From positions 45,046,400 through 45,110,399 of the forward strand of contig NC_092378.1 of NCBI RefSeq assembly GCF_030028105.1: 64,000 nucleotides of DNA. The letters run 5' to 3'. A program made the position numbers and the translations under genes. This stretch comes from Mobula birostris. Lineage: Eukaryota. The notes beneath the pieces were generated by a model. That model searched no databases. It had not been told where the DNA came from and saw nothing but the letters and a program-made list of their open reading frames with translations. Positions within the stretch are counted from its first letter, which is position 1. Each line of letters begins with the position of its first letter. Below are positions 48,080 through 61,815 of this stretch, in pieces.

Positions 48080-50807
48080 ATTAATGATGCAAAGATCATC
48101 GCCAAAGGCTCAGCAATCTCCCCCCTCGCCTCCCACAGTAGCCTAGAGCACATTTTGTCCAGTCGCAGTAATTTATCCAACTTGATGCTTTCCAAAAGCT
48201 CCAGCACATCCCCTTCCTTAATTTCTACATGCTCAAGCTTTGCAGTCTGCTGTAAGTCATCCCCACAATTGCCAAGATCCTTTTCCGCAGTGAATACTGA
48301 AGCAAAGTACTCACTAAGTACCTCTGCTATCTCCTCCGGTTCCATACACACTTTTCCACTGTCACACTTGATTGGTCCTATTCTCTCATGTCTTATCCTC
48401 TTGCTCCTCACAAATTTGTACAATGCCTTGGGGTTTTACTTAATCCTGTCTGCCATAGCCTTCTCATGGCCCCTACTGGCTCTCCTAATCTCTTTCTTAA
48501 GCTCATTCCTGCTAGCCTTATGATTTTCTGGATCTCTATCATTACCTAGTTTTTTGAACCTTTCATAAGCTCTTCTTCTTGACTAGATTCACAACAGCCT
48601 TTGTACACCACAGTTCCTGTACTCTACCATCCTTTTCCTGTCTCATTGGAACGTGGCTATGCAGAACTCCATGCAAATATCCCTTGAACATTTGCCACAT
48701 TTCTTCCGTACTGGGTTCCCTGAGAACATCTGTTCCCAATTTATGCTTCAAATTCCTGCCTGATACTCATACTTCCCCTTACACCAATTAAATGCTTACC
48801 TAACTTGTCTGCTCATATCCCTCTCCAATGCTATGGTAAAGGAGATCACTATCTCCAAAATGTCCTCCCACTGAGAGATCTGACACTGACCAGGTTCATT
48901 TCCCAATACCAGATCAGGTACAGCCTTTCCTCGTGTAGGCTTATCTGTATATTGTGTTAAGAAACCTTCCTGAACACACCTAACAAACTCCACTCCATCT
49001 AAACCCCTCACTCTAGGGACATTCCAATAGATATGTGGGAAATTAAAATCTCCCACCATGACAACCCTGTTATTATTACACCTTTCCAGAATCTGTCTTC
49101 TTACCTGCTCCTCAATGTCCCTGTTACTATTGGGTGGTCTATAAAAAACACCTAGTGTTGTTGACCCCTTCCTGTTCCTAACCTCCACCCAAAGAGACTC
49201 TGTAGACAATCCCTCCATGTCTTCCTCGTTTTCTGCAGCCGTGACACTATCTCTGATCAACAGTGTCACGCCCCCACCTCTTCTGCCTCCCTCCCTGTCC
49301 TTTCTAACCATTCCTGCTCCTAACCCATCAAAGTCTCTGTAATGGCCACAACATCATAGCTCCAAGTACTGATCCATGCTCTAAGCTCATCCGCTTTGTT
49401 CATAATACTCCTTGCATTAAAATCGACACATCTCAAACCATCGGTCTGACGCGTCCTTTCTCTATCACCTGCCTATCCACTGTCTCCAAGCTTTATCTAT
49501 TTGTGAGCCAACCACCTCTTCCTCCGTCTCTTCAGTTTGGTTCCCACCCCCCAGCAATCTTAGTTTAAACTCTCCCCAATAGCCTTAACAAACCTTCCCG
49601 CCAGGCTATTGGTCCCCCTCAGATTCAAAAGCAACCCGTCCTTTTTGTACAGGTCACTCCTGCCCCAAAAAGAGATCCCAATGATCCAGAAATCTGAATC
49701 CCTGCCCCCTGCTCCAATCCCTCAGCTACACATTTATCCTCCACCTCACTCTATTCCTATACTCACTGTCACGTGGAATAGGCAGTAATCCCAAGATTAC
49801 TACCTTTGTGGTCCTGCTTCTCAACTTCCTTCCTAAATCCCTGTAGTCTGTTTTCAGGACCTCCTCCATTTTCCTGCCTATGTCGTTGGTTCCAATATGT
49901 ACCATGACCTCTGGCTGTTCACCATCCCACTTCAGGATATTGTGGATGCGATCAGAAACATCACAGACACTGACACCTGGGAGGCAAACTACCATCTGTG
50001 CTTCTTTCCTGTGTCCACAGAATCGCCTGTCTGACCCTCTAACTATAGAGTCCCCTATCACTGCTGCCATCCTCTTCCTTTCCCTACCCTTCTGAACCAC
50101 AGCGCCAGACTCTGTGCCAGAGGCGTGGCCACTGCTGCTTCCCCCAGGGAGACCATCCCCCCAAAACAGTACTCAAGGAAGAGTACTTATTGTCAAGGGG
50201 TACAGCCACAGGGGTGCTCTCTAGCCTCTGACTCCTGCACTTCCCTCTCCTGACTGTTACCCACTTATCTGTCGCCCGAGGCCCCGGTGTGACTACCTGC
50301 CCGTAGCTCCCTTCACCTCCTCATTCTGCCTGACCAGACGAAGGTCATCGAGCTGCATCTCCAGTTCCCTAACGTGGTCCCCAGGGAGCTTCAGCTTCCT
50401 GGCGCAAATGTGGCCATCCAGGAGGCTGGAAGTCTCCCGGACTTCCCACATCTGATACCCAGCACAGAACACTGGCCTCACACATATTCTTCCTGTCTGT
50501 ATTCCACACCGGCAACCTACATGGCCTCCACCCGTTATCGGCCTCCACCCGTTATCGCCGAAGCCCCATTGAGCCAAAACCTTTCTACTCTGAACCCATC
50601 TGCTCCGTTGCCCACTCTATAAGGTGTCTCCTTTTATACTCTTCTCGCTACTCTAACTGGCTGATGTCCACGCGCTTGCACAGCCATGCCCCAATCAAAC
50701 CGCTGAAGAAATAACCGTCTCCTTTTAAACTCTTCTCGCTGTTCTCACTGGCTGACGTCCACACACTTGCACAGTCGTGCCCTGTTCTAACTACTGAAGA
50801 AATAACC
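48080..50807 (-). mobile_element. CR1 LINE 5' half: 5' UTR with tandem monomers, ORF1 (zinc finger plus SGNH esterase), APE endonuclease, start of RT region; 3'-truncated
   Basis: ORF 49726..50100 has VIGDSIVR...VHIGTND; ORF 48796..49311 has RKDREGGRRGGGV...FYRPPN...VGDFNFP; ORF 47971..48423 has EIAEVLSEYFASVFT. Confidence 0.9.
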
Positions 50808-52956
50808 ATAGTCTTAATCATCCATCATCTTACTTGCCCATCTCCCTGCTGAAGGCCCTAGTTTGTGCAGATTGGTATTTAAAGAAATAGTGATCCCTTC
50901 CCTGATATATGCACTTCGACATCTCAGAGGCCTGACATGAGACATTGACTGTTGCTCTTTCCACAGATGCGGCCTGAGCTGCTGGGTTTTTCCAACATTT
51001 TCTCTTTGTACTTCGGATTTCCAGCTTCTGCAGTTTTCTTTCTAATTTCACCGACAATATATTGTTCTTGAATTTATGTTTATGGTAAGAGTTGCAAAAT
51101 CCAATATATGTTAGAGGAATTAGCTGCTTCCACGTAGTGACTGTTCACAGCCACAAGATGGTGAGAGATCTACACAGGACCAAAATGTCCCTCATTTAAA
51201 CAACTGACCTGAAAACAGAAGAGGGAGCAAAGGCCCTCAGGCAGTGATCTCAACTTGCCAGGTTACATTATCTTCTTGCAGATTTGATGCTACCATTGTG
51301 ATCTTGGCTTTTGCTCCTACAGATGTTACAAATAAAGTATTTATCCCAAAGTAGCTTTCGATCTCCACTCATGAGAAGTATCTGGATTGAACCAACCTGC
51401 ACAACCCTAATCACCACCTCAGTATAAAAGCACTTGGACGACTTTGCACTACAATGGACTTTTTTTTTTATTAAACACAGCGAGTGGTGGGTACCTAGAA
51501 TGCTTTGCCAGGGGTTGAGGTGAAGACAGATATGATATAGGCATATAAGAGGTTCTTCGATCGGCACATGAATACATAGAGAATGGAGAGACAAGTGCAG
51601 ACAGAAAGGATTAGATGTAATTAGTTTAGTTAATTCAGCACGACAATGTGAGCTGCAGAGCCTGTCCTGTGCTAAGTTCTATTCCGCTGCAGATTCAAAC
51701 TAACAAATCATTTTAAAATATAATAATACTCGGTATATACTTATCAACTGCATTTGGTTTGGACTGGACAAGCAGAGTTGAAAAACACACTTATTGGTCT
51801 AGGAACCAAGCCCAGAATTAGTACCAATTCCCTAGACCTCTTAGCACTGGATCCGCAGCCGTGCATGGGTTAATGAGATTTCCTGGCACCTTCTAAATGT
51901 GATGTGGACATCAGCCTCTGTCAACTTTTTAGGCAGTATGCTCCAGAGCCTCCTCAACAATCTGGCTGAAGAAAATATTTCTTCATCTCCCCTCTATTCC
52001 TACGAATTATATTAACTCCATGACTACTAGTGCTTGATTCTATTGTCAAGGGAACCAATTTTATTTCAACTTAATCTGCAACCTGTATTAAGCCTGGTTT
52101 CTCAAGAAAATAACTTATTCAATCTCCATCCAAAGCTAAAACGTTCCAGTGCTAAAATATCCACTGTCCTGTCTCTTCATGTTTATCTCTGAAGATCATC
52201 TTGGACTGGTACCATGGTTGCACAGACAGCAGAGGACAAATGGCCTGTTCATGTGGTGTACTGTTTGATGTTCTACTCAAAAGATAACAAGCGGCACGAC
52301 AAAAAGTACATAGCAAAAATTCTTAATACTCCTGTTTTATGTAAATCATTCACATCAATAATCACTCCCCTAATGAATTGGCTTGCCGGGCCATTTAAGA
52401 GTCAACCACACTGGACAGTCTGGAGTCACAAATGAAACCAAGTTCCTGAAGGAAATGAATGATTAGATAGCTTTTACAGTTACCAACATTTCACAGTCAT
52501 TTCACAGATTTTAATTGCTTGCAACAAGATCTCAAAACAGTGCAATACTTTTAAAAAGCATCAAAATATCCATATTTTCAAACTAAAAATTACAACAGAC
52601 CAATAACATTCCCATAATCCTTTGGAAAAGGAGATTAAGTGCCAGAGCTAAATGCCACAAGCCAGCTTTCACAGTATTTGCAGCAAGCAATCTCAAGCTC
52701 ACTGGGTCACATCCAACGATGCAAGATATTAATCACTGGGTTAATCTGCTTTCCAGCTATAATTTATCCCCTAACAGCATAATGAGCTGTCAAGTTCAAC
52801 ATCCTTTAGACAGTGACAGGATCCTATCTAAGCCAGAATATGATGAGATGGATTGGTTAGTGCTGTGGGGGTTAGAGGGAGGGCAGTTGCAAAAGAAAGC
52901 TGAAATTTAAAACAAAGAGATTGATCTGTGTAAAATTCATGGAATTGTGGAAGTAC

Positions 52957-53052
52957 CTGGAAAATGTGGAGGGGCAGCACACAAAAGCATTGCGCCAACT
53001 CCTACCCTTGCCTTCACGGCCTGTCGCTCGTCAGTTGGAAACCTCTCAAGAT
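52957..53052 (-). CDS. CNTN1: Contactin-1-like coding exon (96 nt), start of Ig2: (Y)LERFPTDERQAVKARVGVGAMLLCAAPPHFP
   Basis: Manual minus-strand translation; acceptor ctttctcttgcag|AT and donor CCAG|gtactt; resembles human CNTN1 YLDPFPPEERPEVRVKEGKGMVLLCDPPYHFP; phase 1-1 joins the next exon. Not in the ORF track. Confidence 0.88.
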
Positions 53053-53865
53053 CTGCAAGAGAAAGATGACAAAAAATCCCTTTTACTCAAAAGCAATAAC
53101 AAGCAGAATTTCAAAGAGTACAACCCCACATTTTTAAACTAGACCTCTTAGTGAGAAGAAGTCTGATGCCCAATTTAAGCCCCGCTTGATTTTCAATTTC
53201 ACTTTGGTTAAAATTTCAGTTAAGGTAACAGCTTATTTTTTTTTTAACAATTAAAAACATTACAATCCTGACTGAATCTGAAATCTTCAATGGTCAAGGT
53301 GACTTAAAAGTTTCCCCAGCAACTGCAGCTGAAAACATGATGTTCTTCGTCCTTTGCTTTCTATAAGGGAAGTCCTCAGGTCACAAAAGGGTTCTATTCC
53401 TAAGAAGTGATGGAAACCTGAAGTTCTCAGAAGTTAGAAATGAACAATGGTTTGTGGGAGAGGATCACAGCAACAGATGTGGCAGGAGAGCGATCAGGCA
53501 CGGGAAAAGCAGTAACCGGACAGCCTCACTGACTCAGTGAGTTTGCTGAGTGCTCCCAGCTCTGCTTGTCTTGACAGTCTCTAGTTGTTGTGGCTCATTG
53601 GTGTGGCAGTCCATAAGTCAGACACTCACAACCCAGCCTGTTGGAAATACTAAAGTTAAACCTAAATACAGAGATGAGATCAAAAGATTTTTAGATCACA
53701 CTGAAACTGGGATTACACATGAGGAGAAAAGCTTTAGACTGCAGAAGATTACAGATGGCCTTGTTAGATGGGCAGAAAAGTGTTGAATGGAATTTAATCC
53801 AAGAAAGTGTGAGGGGTTGGGTTATCAACAAGGCAAAAGAACCGATGCAAACAGGAGACTGTTCA

Positions 53866-54435
53866 GTATGTCTATCCACGGCCTCCTCTACTGTCAAAAT
53901 GAAGCCACGCTCAGGTTGGAGGAACAACACCTTATGTTCCGTCTGGGTAGCCTCCAACCTGATGGCATGAACATTGACTTCTCTAACTTCCGTTAATGTC
54001 CCTCCTCCCCTTCGTACCCCATCTGTTATTTATTTATTATTATTAATTTATTTTTCTCTCTTTCTCCTTTTTCTCTCTCTGTCCCTCTCACTATACAGTA
54101 CTCCTTGCCCATCCTCTGGGCTTCCCCCCTCCCCCTTTCTTTCTCCCTAGGCCTCCCGTCCCATGATCCTCTCATATCCCTTTTGTCAATCAACTTTCCA
54201 GCTCTTAGCTCCATCCCTCCCCCTCCTGTCTTCTCCTATCATTTTGGATCTCCTCTCCCCCTCCCACTTTCAAATCTCTTACTAGCTCTTCTTTCAGTTT
54301 GTCCTGACGAAGGGTCTTGGCACAAAACATCGACTGTACCTCTTCCTAGAGATGCTGCCTGGCCTGCTGCGTTCACCAGGATCTTTTATGTGTGTTGCTT
54401 GAAATACCAGCATCTGTAGATTTGCTCGTGTTTGT
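53866..54435 (+). mobile_element. PLE 3' fragment/terminal repeat (hammerhead GAAA box mutated)
   Basis: Nearly the same sequence as 26900-27419; gtcctgacgaagggtcttggcacaaaacatcgactg; flanked by gactgttcagtat on both sides; interrupts an old CR1. Confidence 0.85.
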
Positions 54436-54584
54436 GACTGTTCAGTATAGAGGAACAGTGAAAATTTTTAATGTTTATCTATAGACCCTTAAAGGTCAAT
54501 AAAGTAGTTAAAAAATAAAAAGGCATTGAGGATCGTATTAGAAGAGGATAAAAGAGCAGAGGATTATGCTAAAACTGTGGTGTT

Positions 54585-54950
54585 GGTGTTGGTGGGTGGT
54601 GGTTATCTGTTGTGTCCGATGATGACAGGAACCCTGTGCGGGAGAGTTTTTAAAGTGGAAAAGCCATTGCACTCGGGTAATTCCACTCTCTTGACCTCAG
54701 AAGTCCGGGTCCAGTGGTACGAACGTGCATCACAAACTGGGGTCTTCCATAGTTGCAGTGGATGACCATGATGTCTTCTATGTCTTATGCTGCCCCTCAC
54801 TCATCACAGACCATTGCAGTACCACCTTCCTGGCCATTAGAGATTACTGTAGTTTTCATCCACCCAGTCTGCCAAAGCTGACTTCACATGCTGGAACAGG
54901 TGTGTCTCTAACTCACTGGGGTATGAGGACACCAACTATCCTCACTGTAT
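54585..54950 (-). mobile_element. Unclassified short interspersed insertion with (ACC)n-like tail inside an old CR1 fragment
   Basis: CR1-like text breaks at ...gctaaaactgt and resumes at actgtatacaatattaatt; ggt-rich simple repeat at one end. Confidence 0.4.
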
Positions 54951-57194
54951 ACAATATTAATTAAACCACAGCTTGCATATCATGCACAATTCTGATAACC
55001 ACATTAGAGGAAAGATGTGACTGCACCAGAGTGAGTGCACAGGAGATTTAAAGAAAGGGTTGCAGGTCTTGCAAATGTGCAGCTCTGAGTAAAGATTGGA
55101 TATACCTGTCTTTTCCAGAGCAGAGGAAGTAGACCGTGACTGAACTAAGGTTCATAAATTATAAGGAGCCAAGATGGACCCATTACTTGAGCTGTGAGTG
55201 GTCAAAACTGAAAGGGTGCATGCAGATTTAAAACTGATCAACGGAAACACTGGAGGGTAGATGAAGCTAGGACTCATTGACTGAAAGTATGGTGAAACCT
55301 TCATCACATTGAAACAGGGCTGGGATGTCTATTTAAAGAACAATGATTTACAGAGTTAAGAACACTGCTGGAGTTGGGAAGATTTAAGCTTGAGAGCTCT
55401 ATTTTCAATGCAAAGAAGATGATGGTTTCCTTCTACATGATACATTTCCTCTAATTCTCTTTGCTTTTATCAAAACCTTTTTTGCATCTTCCAAGGGGAC
55501 CCTTAATAATCAGGCCAATCTGAATACCCAAATACTGTCTAACCAAATCATTAACAAAATGATCTGTTAGCAAGTTAAGGATAAAAATAACACCAACTTA
55601 ATTAGGACCCATGGATACCATCAAGCAAACAGCACATTTCTCTTCCCAATCAAAGCTGGGAGAATACCTTAAAAGAAGAATACCACAGCTAGATTTTATT
55701 TCCTCTTAAGAAAAGTATCTACAGCTGCATAGACATTAGACCTCCCAATGAGAGATGTGCCTATCAGACTGAAGACAGGTTGGAGTAATGCAGCAATATT
55801 TTCACTAAGGTTCTTGACTAACATAGCCACTTCCTAAATGAAAGTTCTCATCCTGAAATGTCCAGTGTTTATTCCCTTCCACAGATGCTACCTGACTTGC
55901 TGAGTTCCTCCAGCACTTTGTGTATGTTGCTCAAGATTTCTAGAATTTGCAGAATCTCTTGTGTTTAAAATAGCCACAACATCAGTGTGGCCAGTCAAAT
56001 CTCACAGTTAATCATTTTGGAAGATTCTAACCAAATCTTTCAAGAGTCTCTGTACCAGATCTGCAATAAATCCATGGAAGTGCACTGGCACTTTAGACAT
56101 GCGAATGTGCAAACAATCACCAAGCACTTGGATTTTTGAGTGGATTCATTCACCTTCAGGAACAAGACTGGAATACGAGTGCTGGACTGCTGTCTTTTAT
56201 GTTGCCTGTAGTGGGAGTAATGTTCTGCTTGCTGAACAGTGCTCACATGAAGCAAAAGCAGCCAACGTAGACAAAGACTTCTAAACTCTTCTCCAGAAGA
56301 CCACTATTCCCACCTCATCCCTTGAAGGTGAGTTAGAACAGGAACAAATTGGCAGCAAGGAGTTCCCAAGACCAGATTCTGGAATACTTAATCCAGTTTT
56401 ATGTTACAATGGTAGCTCAGAAGTTCTGTAGCAAAAGGATTAAGTGACTAAAGGACTTTCTTCACCCAAAGATAATCTTTCAATGTGTCAACTCATTTTA
56501 AAATCTATTTGCATGGAATCCTTCCAAACCCTGGTTAGAGCTATGGACAACAAAAGCTAATCAACTATGGAAGGTTTGACAGACAATCCTCATCCTCTTC
56601 GTACACAATGTTCTTAATATGAATGCACAAAAGTAGGAGAAGCCTAGAAAGAATGATCTGGTTCCCTCAGCACAGATGCCAACAACCAGTGGCCAGAGAA
56701 CATCATCTTTGGATCATGACCTAAGCCCACTGCAAACTACAATTGGTTCAAAAAGAACAGAGAGCTTTGAACGTGTAGCTCAAAAGCTGACTTGGGAGAT
56801 GTGGGCTTCAATTTTGTTGGGCCAGAGTTTACTTGCATAGTGCTGGGACCAGTGTCTGGGTGACTTGAATGACTCAACACTGCCTGGCAAACACTGGAAA
56901 AACATTAAAAATCAAATAAAAGAAATAAAATAAAATAAAACATCTTCCCATGTTTCCTTTTTTTCCCAGCTAGGCAACCCCCCCCCCCCCATAGAAACAA
57001 TGGACAGCCTGGCCTCACCTTATCAAGGAAGCAAATGCCCAGTGTAGATGCCAGATTCAGGGATGGAAGTATATTTACATTTTGTAGTAAGTCACTGGAC
57101 ATGATCCCGAATCCAGGGACAGAAATGTCCAAGGGCAGCTTGACTGTTAAAACTTTGGAATTCTATATCCATGACGATGTCCTGAATCAGTATC

Positions 57195-57995
57195 GACACC
57201 GATGCTGAGGTAAACTCTCCACTCTCCACTTTCCACAGGGTTCCAGTGATTCCAGTGTCCATTCATTCTACCCCATTAATCTCCCTCCCGGTGTATACTG
57301 TATCCATGTAAGCGTCAGAAATGCTTACCTGCCTACTCACCACCTCCCTGACCTCCAATCAGAACCCCAGCAGGTGAGGCAACACTTCATCTGCAAATTT
57401 GCTGAGGCCGTCTAGTGTATCTGGTGCTCCTGATGTGGCCTCCTCTACATTGCTGAGACCCAATGTAAATTGGACGACTGCTTTGTTGAGCACCTCCGCT
57501 TCATCTGCAAAAAGTACAATTTCCTGGTGGCCAACCATTTTAATTCCTATCCCCACTCCCATTCCAACATATCAGTCCATGACCTCCTCTGCTGCCACAA
57601 TGAGACCACTCTCACTGTGGAAGAGCAACACCTCATATTCAGTCTGGGTAGCCTCCAACCTGATGGAATGAATATCGATTTCTCCTCCTGGTAATTTTTT
57701 CTTATAGTTTCCTTTTCTCCTCCGTCTTATTTCTTCTTCTATTTCCTACTCTGACCTCTCACCTGTTTTCCTCACCTGCCAATCACCTCCATCTGATGCC
57801 CCTCCTACTTCCCTTTCTCCCATGGTCCACTTTTCTCTCCTGTCAGATTCCTTCTTCTCCAATCCCTTACCTTTCTCACCCACTGGCTTCACTATCACCT
57901 TCTAGCATGACCTCCTTCCCTTCCCTCCACCTTTTTATTCTGGTGTCTTTCCCTCCTCATTTTCAGTCCCTAATGAAGGTCTCAGCCCAAAATAT
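57195..57995 (+). mobile_element. Older PLE 3' fragment (GIY-YIG remnant)
   Basis: DCFVEHLR...VANHFNS..HSHS...EEQHLIFSLGSLQPDGMNIDF. Confidence 0.8.
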
Positions 57996-60900
57996 CACAA
58001 GACCATAAGAGGTAGGAGCAAAATTAGGCCATTTGGCCCAACAAGTTTGCTCCACAATTCAGTTATGGCTGATCCTTTTTTCTCCTCCTCAGTCCCACTC
58101 CCTGGCCTTCCTCAGTCCTACTCCCTGGCCTTCTCTCCATAACCTTTGATGCTGTGGTCAATCAGGAAGCTATCAACCTCTGCCTTAATTACACCCAAAG
58201 ATCTGGCCTCCACAGCTGCCTGTGGTAACAAATTCCATAAATTCACCGCCCGCTAGCAACAGAAATTTCTCCACATTTCTGTGTTAAATGGACACCGCTC
58301 TATCCTGAGGCTGTGCCCTCTTGTCCTACACTCTCCCATCATGGAAATGTCCTTTCCACATCTACTCTCTATAGGCCTTTCAACATTCAGAACGTTTCAG
58401 TGATATTCCACCCCCCCATCCTTCTAAACTCCAGCGAGTACAGGCCCAGAACCAGCAAACGCTCCTCATATGATAAACCTTTCCTTCCCAGAATCATTCT
58501 TATGAATCTCTTATGAACCGTCTCCAATGCCAGCCCATCTTTTCTTAGATAAGTAGCGCAAAACTGTTCACAATACTCAAAATGAGATCTCACTAGTGCC
58601 TTGTAAAGCCTCAGCATCATATCTCTGCTCTTATATTCTAGACCTCTTGAAATGAATGCTAAAATTGCATTTGCCTTCCACACCACCGACTCAACTGCAA
58701 GTTAACTTTTAGGGTGTTCTTCACAAGGACTCCCAAGTTCCTTTGTATCTCATATTTTTTGGATTTTCTCGCCATTTAGAAAATAGTATACACATTTATT
58801 TCTTCTACCAAAGTGCACGACTGTGCATTTTCCAACACTGTATTTCATTTGCCACTTTCTTACCTATTTTCCTAAACTGTATAAGTCCTTCCACAGCCTT
58901 CCTGCTTCTTCAACACTACCTGCTCTTCCACCAATCTTCATATCATCTGCAAACTTGGCAATAAAGTCATCTAGTCCATCATCTAAATCATTGATATACG
59001 GCATAAAAAGAAGCAGTCCCAATGCCGAACCCTGCAGAACACCACCAGTCACTGGCAACCAACCAGAAAAGGATCCTTTTATTCCCATTCGCTGCCTCCT
59101 ACCAATCAGCCAATGCTCTAACCATGCTAGCAACTTTCCTGTAATGCCTTGGGCTCTTAACTTAGTAAGTAGCCCCATGTGTGGCACCTTGTCAAAGGCC
59201 TTCTGAAAGTCCAAATATACCTTATCCACTATGTCTCCTTTATCTATTCTACTTGTAGTCTCAACAGGTTAATCAGGCAAGATTTTCCTTGAAGAAAACC
59301 ATGCTGACCTTGTCATATCTTGTCCTGTGTCACCAAGTACTCCAACATCTTCCCAACCACTGAGGTCAAGCTAACTGGTCTATACTTTTATTTCTGCAGC
59401 CTCCCTCCTTTCTTAGAGAGTAGTTTGGCATTTGCAATTTTCCAGTCCTCCGGAACCATGCCAGAGTCCAATGATTTTTGAAAGATCATTACTACTACTT
59501 TCACAATCTCTACGACTACCTCTTTCAGAACACTACGGTGCCGTTCATCTAGTCCAGGTGACTTATGTACCTTTAGGTCTTTCAGCTTCTTGAGTACCTT
59601 CTCCCTTGTAAAAGTAACTGCATTCACTTCTCTTCCTTCACACCAGTCAACAAATGGCACACTGTCTGCCACAGTGAAGACTGATGCAAAATATCATTTA
59701 ATTCATCTGCTATCTCTTTGTCCCCCATTATTATTTTTCCAACTTCATTTTCTAGCGGTCCTATATCCACTTTCATCTCTCTTTTATTTTTTATATACAT
59801 GAAAAAGCTATTTCTACCCACCTTGATATTGTTTGCTAGCTTGCTTTCATATTTCATCCTTTCCTTGCTAATGGTTCTTTTAGTAGCTTTCTGTAGCTTT
59901 TTAAAAGCTTCCCAATTCTCTATCTTCCCGCTAATTTTTGCTTTGCTGTATGCCCTCTCTTTCGCTTTGACATTAGCTTTGACTTCCCTTGTCAGCCACA
60001 GTTGTACTATTTTGCCATTTCAGTATTTATTTGTTTTTGGAATATATCTATCCTACTTATTTTTCCCAGAAACTTGAGCCATTGCTGCTTTGCTGTCATC
60101 CTTGCCAGCATCTCCTTCCAATTTACTTTGGCCAACTTCTCTCTCATACCACTGTAATTTCCTTTACTCCACCAAAATACTGCTATGTCAGACTTTACCT
60201 TCTTCCTATCAAATTTCAAGTTGAACTCAATCTTATTGTGATCACTATCTCCTAAGGGTTCCTTTACCTTAAGCTCCCTAATCACCTCCACTTTATTACA
60301 GAACGCCCAATCCAGTGGTAGGCTCAATGACAAACTGCTCTAAAAAGCCATCTCATAGGCATTCAACAAATTCACTCTCTTGAGATCCATTACCAACCTG
60401 ATTTTCCCAATCTACTTGCATGTTAAAATCTCCCGTGACTATCATAACATTGCCCTTTTGACGCACCTTTTCTATTTCCCATTGTAATCTGTAGTCCACA
60501 TCGCAGCTACTGTTTGGAGGCCTGTATATAACTGCCATCAGCGTACCCTTACCCTTGCAGTTTCTTAACTCAACCAGCAAGTTAAGGAACCTTCCAACCC
60601 TATGTCACATATTTCTAATGATTTGATTCCATTCTTTACCAGCAGAGCCACACCCCCGCCCCTGCCTACCTTCATATCCTTCTGGTACAATGTATAATCC
60701 TGAACATTTAGCTCACAACTACAACCATCCTTCGGCCATAATTCAGTGATGGCCACAACATCATACCCGACAACCTGAAAAAGTGCAACAAGATCATCCA
60801 CTTTATTTCTTATACTCTGTGCATTGAGACTTCGACTACTGTACTTGCTACCCTTTTTGATTCTGCATCCCTACTGCACTGTGTGACGCCAAGCAAAGCT

Positions 60901-61815
60901 ATCGGACGATTGATGCTAATGAGAGAGATAAGAAAGACAACGGAGAAACATTCAAAATGCTAATAAGAGAGAAGAGAGGGATTAACAGAAAAGAAACACA
61001 ATTCAGACTATTGACAGACCGATTGCTTTGAACCTGAACTGTTTGAAGTTTGATGGACAGGTGATACCCCAGCAGGGGGATAAAAACAGCAGGTTTGCTA
61101 AGGCATGCAACACACCACGAGACCAGGAGACCCTGGAAAGCAGTGTACCCCCACAAGTGGTGGGAGCTTGGAGGTCCGGTTCGCGGGAACCGACCAGAGG
61201 CTCACAGGGTGTAAAGGTACGATCGCTGGGAACCTGGGGTGTGTGTCCGCCCTTGCCTGGGTGAGGGGTTCACCGCAGAAAAGCGATCGTATCCGGAACG
61301 GAGGGGTCACAGTTGGTGACCACTGCGGGGATTGGAAGACATAAAAGGGTCTGCCCGAAACCAACTGCGAAGACATCAAAGGTCTGCCTGAACCAAATTG
61401 CATCTCTCTCTCTCTCTCCAACGGTACAACAACAGCGACTACTGCGAACTGCACTAAACTGAACTGAACTCTGTTTCACTTAAGACTGATCATTTTACCC
61501 CTAGACTGCGATAGAGCTTGGTTGATTCCTATTACCCTATTTCTGTGTATACGTGTGTATTATCACTGCTAACCTGTTACATTGATATCCTTACAATTAG
61601 AGTACTGTATTACTTATTTCTTTAATAAAACTTTATTAGTTCCTAGTAATCCAGACTCCAACGAGCGTTCCATTTCTGCTGGTTTGGCAACCCAGTTATG
61701 GGGTACGTAACAACTGATACTCTGCTAGCTGCAAATTTGTCCTATCATCTGTCTGACCTTCCTGACATTTTGACTGCACGCTATGTTTGCCTTTTTATCA
61801 TCTGTCCTATTCTGA
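57996..61815 (-). mobile_element. CR1/HER1-like LINE ORF2 (APE plus RT) with 3' end, decayed, interrupted by a solo LTR
   Basis: YDVVAITELW, IYRPPNS...TGDFN, PEDWKIAN, VYLDFQKAFDKVPH...QGSALG...KFADD motifs. Confidence 0.92.
60882..61712 (+). mobile_element. Solo LTR (831 bp) with 4-bp TSD ACTG
   Basis: Termini TGTGACG...CGTAACA (imperfect inverted repeat); actg at 60878-60881 and 61713-61716; TATA-like cataaaa near 61340, AATAAA at 61624-61629; CR1 sequence is continuous across it. Confidence 0.88.
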
